DNA from: Candidatus Omnitrophota bacterium
Lineage (GTDB): Bacteria > Omnitrophota > Gorgyraeia > Gygaellales > Profunditerraquicolaceae
Direction of reading: 5' to 3'
Length of the DNA: 64,000 bases
Assembly (NCBI GenBank): GCA_016208765.1
Contig: JACQXK010000004.1
Location: 84,243 to 148,242 of the forward strand
Shown here: one piece after another, positions 59,785 through 64,000 of the stretch
Numbering within the stretch: the stretch's first letter is position 1
Layout: each line of letters starts with the position of its first letter
Position numbers and translations under genes: made by a program
The notes under the pieces: generated by a model
Databases searched by the model: none
Told to the model about the DNA's origin: nothing
The model's input: only the letters and a program-made list of their open reading frames with translations

Positions 59785-62700
59785 TACCACTAAAATCTGA
59801 TTTACTCAAAGTTTGCCTCTTAATTCGCGAACTATTCCGCTTCCACCTATTGACTATGCCATCGCTTTCGATCTCAATAACTAAATTATTAATTGACGTT
59901 GCCATTCTTGCCACAGCCAAGCCTAAACCACGGCCCTCTAAACCGATGTTTACCTTTGTAGAATATAAATACTTTAAAACATTCCTAATTGCGAATCCTG
60001 AGAGATTTACTCCTTGATTAGAAATCTCAATAACGATTTCATCCTTATTGCGGCGGAATATCCTGCCTTCCACTGTTGTTCCAGGGTAAGCAGCGCTCAA
60101 TGCGTTCCGGATAACTTCGTATATAGCGTTTGCTATGTCGTCCTCCGTAAGAAAAAATTGCGCTTCTTTTAGGGCGGACTCAATTTTAAAATCATAAATA
60201 TACCGCTTGCCAAGAACATTCGCCAAATCTTGTAATTCCTCGCCAACCATCAATCCCCTTATCATCGGGAGAATCTTGACCCAGGAAAGCCCAAACCCTT
60301 CATATAATTCATGCAAGCGAGGGCTTTGAAACCTATACCTTTCTTCATTAGCCGGATCTCTCTCAATAACATTGAAATAGAATATCCTAGCCGTCCTATA
60401 AATTACGCGTATTACTTTTAAATAAAGGTCCATTAAATAAAAGTAGCGTTGTTTATTCAAGGCTATGACTTTTTTGTCTTTCATAAAAGTAGGGAATTCA
60501 TCGACCAAATCATATAAATTAGTCATAATAAGCCCCAAAGTCGGATCGGCGTAATCTCTTTTAATTAATTCTTCTCCATTTCCTTTGTCATATATATCCA
60601 ATAATTTACTGATAAGTTGATTTACTCTATTCTTGCTGTAATCAGTTTTACTACTTTGACCATGATCTGGAAACACCGAATTAAAATTACCGATGAGCTT
60701 TTGAAGCCCTTTAAGATATTTGGAAAGATAACGATCATATAATTTTATCGCCTCCTCCATAGCTATCCTCTCATTACCGATATTTTGCAAAGCGCTCACC
60801 TTACCAATTACCCGAAAAATTAATCGCTTCTTGATGCTAAAGATAAGCCTCTCAAAATGCTCTCTGAAATATTTCAAGAAAAGCTTAGTAAATAAATAAG
60901 CTGGTTCTGTTTTTTCCTCCGCAGCCGAGGAAGCGCCCCGCTTACCCACTGTCCCGATTGATTCGGAAACAGTTTCCAAGTTGTTCGGGAAACTGGGTCC
61001 TTTTAGCACCGCCGAGGATACGCCCTCGTTAGAATTAAGTATTGTGTCCCCGGAATTACGCTGATCTAAATACCAAGATAAAAAACGCTCAGTTGACCAC
61101 CAATAAAATAGAGCACCATCGGAATGATTAAAACCCTCCCAAAAATATCTTTCATTAAGAGCAAAATTATAGAAAACCCCCTTATGATGCAAAAGATAAT
61201 GAAAATACAAATTATCCTTAATTGCGGCTTTAGAAAAATGCTTTCTTATTGAAAACCCCGGAGTTCCGTAAATAGTATCGAAGATAAAATGAAAAGTAGC
61301 CCGTAATTTAGCGTTCTTTCTCAGCTCTGCGGCCCAAAGGAACCATTGCCAATGGCAAGATTCAAAATAACCGCCTGAGACGATAAAATCTGTAGCTTGC
61401 GGATCTAAAACAAAATCCTTGAGCTTATCTTTATCAACAGCAGGATCAACAATCAATTCATTATGCGGCTTCAAACAAGAATAATGACCTTGCCGGAGAA
61501 TTTCTAAATTTCGGCCACAACCTAATCCTGTCTGCTTCATTAGATTTTCAATACCAACCTGTTTTCGTGAATCTTCAGCGTCAATGATGATATGCCGCAC
61601 ACCGTTAAAACACTCAAGAGGACGCATAGATGAAGAAGCATAACCCCATATAGAAGATATACCTTTGCTATCTTTGAATTCCTTTAATCCAAGCCTAACA
61701 ATCCGCTCCTGTGTCCGCTTCCTTTGAACCTCTATCCACTCTGATGCTTCTTGCTTGGTCAATGTTAAATTCTGAGTGCCGTCACCTTTAGACAATTTTT
61801 TCTCTCCAAGGGGCCGGACAACCGAATTAAAATAATTAAAAATATCAGCAAAACGCTGTCTAACGGCGTACACAGAGATATATTCCATGCTATTACAACC
61901 TATTATTTCTTGAAAGGCAGCCATAGTTAACTCGGTTCCCAATCCCCTGCCTCTGTAATCAGGGGCAATATCTATATAATGGATACTCCCAAAGAAATAT
62001 AGATATCCTTTGAATTCGCCAAATTCTCCATCCTCCAGAGATATGGCTAAACGTACAGAACGTAAAAAATCAAGCCTTAAATCACCGCCCATTTCTTCTC
62101 TTTTACCTTGTTCTAATTTTCTTATAAACCATTCCAAAGAATCATTTAGTTCGTCAAGCATCCTTTTACTATCTTCTGTTTTCCTGTCGTTCTTATTAAA
62201 ATAATTAGAATACCAATGATATAATCCAAGCACAGCAAACCGGCATTGAAATATACTGAGCCTATCAGCGGGAACATATAATAAGGGAACCATTTTCCTG
62301 CCCTCGCTGTCAAGCGTATATATAAGATCCCGGTAATGCCTTTGTGGCTCATATGAATTGTAGCAGGCAAGACTGGTTTTCTCTCCCACCGCCGAGGAGA
62401 CGGATTCTTTTCCGGAAAAATATGAAGCCGGACGCGTGCCAATAATTGCCAATGCGTCATCACCACTTTTATGAACCACCCATTTCCTTAAATAAAATTC
62501 CCCTGGCCTTGGCGAACTCCAGTAAGTTTCATTTGTATTAACGCGTATTCCAATAATTCCCACATCTACATTTATTGCCTTTCTTTTCTTGTTAACCAGA
62601 AAATGTTTAGTATCAGGAGTGTGGGCAACTATCTGAGGCACGCTTGCTTCAAGAAACCAGAAACGTATGTCAAAAATACCATGGTGTGTGCGCTTATTCC

Positions 62701-64000
62701 AATGGCCTCCGCTTATTACAGGATGATCATAATTATTACTTATTACCGCTCGCTTAAAAATAATATTAAATTTATTAACCAGGCTATCCAAATTTTTGTT
62801 GCCGCAAAAATCTTTATCTACACCCGCATGGACAACTATCCTGTCTTCAATGCGCAATGCTGCAATACTTCTTTCTTTTGTCACTGCTTGGCGAATTCTA
62901 TTTTTCCATTTATCAGCAATCTTAGTGGTCCATTCCTGCGTATATTGCCTACCGATAAAATTTTGAAGTTCTTTTGGAACTTCAATTCTTTCCGATACAT
63001 ACATACCCTGCCTATCTGCTTCCTGAGAATCCCTATGATGCAAGTTAGCTAAATAGTTTAATTCGTGATTTCCTGCCAAGCGCAATACTTTACCGCCGAG
63101 TCTTGAAGCTTCTGCTTCTTTCTGCAATTTTGCAAGAATCTCCCAGCAAATTATTGCGCCCATCTCTGGATGCACATCTAGCACATCACCTGTCTGAACC
63201 AAAATAGCATCTCCGGCAATCCATTTAAGCTTGGCTATAATTCTTCTTGCCTCTTCCAATGTCTCACAAAACATTAATTTATTGGCATTATCCGGAGAGA
63301 TAAATCCTGCCCTCCTGAGAATTAAAACCAACGTTTTCCATTTGGCATGCAGATCCCCGATAATTAACCCGCGTAGTTTTATATCCGAAGGCAGACTATT
63401 AATCATCCCCGAACCTATCAAAGCATTCAAAGGAATAAACCCCATCTCCCTTTGACGAATTAATTCTAAAATTTTGGTTATTCTTTTTTCTTTCTGGGTG
63501 GCGTCTAAATTCAACAAATCGTAGCCTAATCTGATAAAAGCCGGGATACGCGGCTTACTTTCTTGCATTGCACAGATAGGACTAGTGGAGTGATTTAAAG
63601 GCAGTATAAAATTAACTTGAGTTCCATAAAAAGCATGTTCTCCTTCTTTAATTTCCGGAGGAGATCTCCCGCTGACAGTCAGGCATAAGCTACTAGCAGT
63701 TTCAGGGCAGTTTCTTTCTTTCTTTACGGCAGAGCTGGAGTTATAAAGAAACTGTCTACTGCTTTCTACAGCTAAAAAGGTGTGATTACTATGCAGCATA
63801 AACTCATAAATCGCGATTACTTCCCCCTTATTCTTGCAATATTGAGCTGCTTCTGCAATTGTAAAAGCATGTTCATTAGCTAGCTCATACAAAACCGCAG
63901 AACGTGCTTGCGGGAAAATAATATATAGCCTGCCTTCGTTAGGGTACAAACGATTAACAGCGCCAGCAAATAAACGCCGCAATGTTTTATAATCCTGGTC
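59747..64000 (-). CDS. Giant multidomain gene, segment 1 (open beyond the right edge): metallophosphoesterase, GNAT, unknown domain, HATPase-like domain
   Basis: GDLH/GDVLD/GNHE/HAG, IDIAPDYRGRGLGTEL and EVIRNA..GRGLGL. The frame is open up to position 64000. Confidence 0.78.
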   Translation of the reverse strand, partial: DQDYKTLRRLFAGAVNRLYPNEGRLYIIFPQARSAVLYELANEHAFTIAEAAQYCKNKGEVIAIYEFMLHSNHTFLAVESSRQFLYNSSSAVKKERNCPETASSLCLTVSGRSPPEIKEGEHAFYGTQVNFILPLNHSTSPICAMQESKPRIPAFIRLGYDLLNLDATQKEKRITKILELIRQREMGFIPLNALIGSGMINSLPSDIKLRGLIIGDLHAKWKTLVLILRRAGFISPDNANKLMFCETLEEARRIIAKLKWIAGDAILVQTGDVLDVHPEMGAIICWEILAKLQKEAEASRLGGKVLRLAGNHELNYLANLHHRDSQEADRQGMYVSERIEVPKELQNFIGRQYTQEWTTKIADKWKNRIRQAVTKERSIAALRIEDRIVVHAGVDKDFCGNKNLDSLVNKFNIIFKRAVISNNYDHPVISGGHWNKRTHHGIFDIRFWFLEASVPQIVAHTPDTKHFLVNKKRKAINVDVGIIGIRVNTNETYWSSPRPGEFYLRKWVVHKSGDDALAIIGTRPASYFSGKESVSSAVGEKTSLACYNSYEPQRHYRDLIYTLDSEGRKMVPLLYVPADRLSIFQCRFAVLGLYHWYSNYFNKNDRKTEDSKRMLDELNDSLEWFIRKLEQGKREEMGGDLRLDFLRSVRLAISLEDGEFGEFKGYLYFFGSIHYIDIAPDYRGRGLGTELTMAAFQEIIGCNSMEYISVYAVRQRFADIFNYFNSVVRPLGEKKLSKGDGTQNLTLTKQEASEWIEVQRKRTQERIVRLGLKEFKDSKGISSIWGYASSSMRPLECFNGVRHIIIDAEDSRKQVGIENLMKQTGLGCGRNLEILRQGHYSCLKPHNELIVDPAVDKDKLKDFVLDPQATDFIVSGGYFESCHWQWFLWAAELRKNAKLRATFHFIFDTIYGTPGFSIRKHFSKAAIKDNLYFHYLLHHKGVFYNFALNERYFWEGFNHSDGALFYWWSTERFLSWYLDQRNSGDTILNSNEGVSSAVLKGPSFPNNLETVSESIGTVGKRGASSAAEEKTEPAYLFTKLFLKYFREHFERLIFSIKKRLIFRVIGKVSALQNIGNERIAMEEAIKLYDRYLSKYLKGLQKLIGNFNSVFPDHGQSSKTDYSKNRVNQLISKLLDIYDKGNGEELIKRDYADPTLGLIMTNLYDLVDEFPTFMKDKKVIALNKQRYFYLMDLYLKVIRVIYRTARIFYFNVIERDPANEERYRFQSPRLHELYEGFGLSWVKILPMIRGLMVGEELQDLANVLGKRYIYDFKIESALKEAQFFLTEDDIANAIYEVIRNALSAAYPGTTVEGRIFRRNKDEIVIEISNQGVNLSGFAIRNVLKYLYSTKVNIGLEGRGLGLAVARMATSINNLVIEIESDGIVNRWKRNSSRIKRQTLSKSDFSGTRDSSIITLALP
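60921..61057 (-). repeat. Linker repeat copy
   Basis: NSGDTILNSNEGVSSAVLKGPSFPNNLETVSESIGTVGKRGASSAA. Confidence 0.93.
63710..63755 (-). repeat. Linker repeat copy (distal module)
   Basis: QFLYNSSSAVKKERN. Confidence 0.8.

Noticed and set aside
46462-63755. Linker repeats as a CRISPR array
   Set aside because: The repeats are 50-200 bp, modular, coding and separated by 0.4-3 kb. No cas genes are present.
45540-64000. Classical integron with attC cassettes
   Set aside because: No tyrosine integrase in the window. I found no RYYYAAC..GTTRRRY attC architecture at the linkers, and the cargo units lack their own starts and stops.
45540-64000. NRPS/PKS, RHS or RTX-type giant protein, or intein-separated domains
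   Set aside because: No A/C/KS/ACP motifs, YD repeats, GGxGxD repeats or intein C...HN motifs were seen.

Overview
Bacterial genomic window with nearly all genes on the minus strand. Gene content and the giant linker-repeat genes suggest Candidatus Omnitrophota or a related PVC lineage (inference only). It has five blocks. (1) 1-13.8 kb is a nitrogen-assimilation island: gltB, type III glnA, two amt with truncated P-II genes, a beta-barrel, an ECF-like sigma factor, a GAF-ANTAR protein, an aminotransferase/Lrp pair and nadE. It carries four identical GTTACCA-N13-TTTACTTGTA promoter-like motifs and five ANTAR-type hairpin/terminator leaders. (2) 13.9-24.8 kb is a Pho regulon: porin, pstSCABB, phoU, phoBR and Pho boxes. 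(3) 24.8-32 kb holds mnmG, a REP-associated tyrosine transposase with inverted repeats, apgM and a class II ribonucleotide reductase. (4) 32-45.4 kb is a carbohydrate uptake and glycoside hydrolase locus. (5) 45.5-64 kb is a giant gene of at least 18.4 kb, broken into four ORFs. It strings together about 17 unrelated, mostly enzyme-like domains. These are separated by an in-frame, palindrome-rich DNA repeat family encoding recurrent 'SS[A/P][V/I]' linkers, like an in-frame cassette array or polyprotein. Block 5 and the sigma/ANTAR nitrogen circuit are the most notable features.
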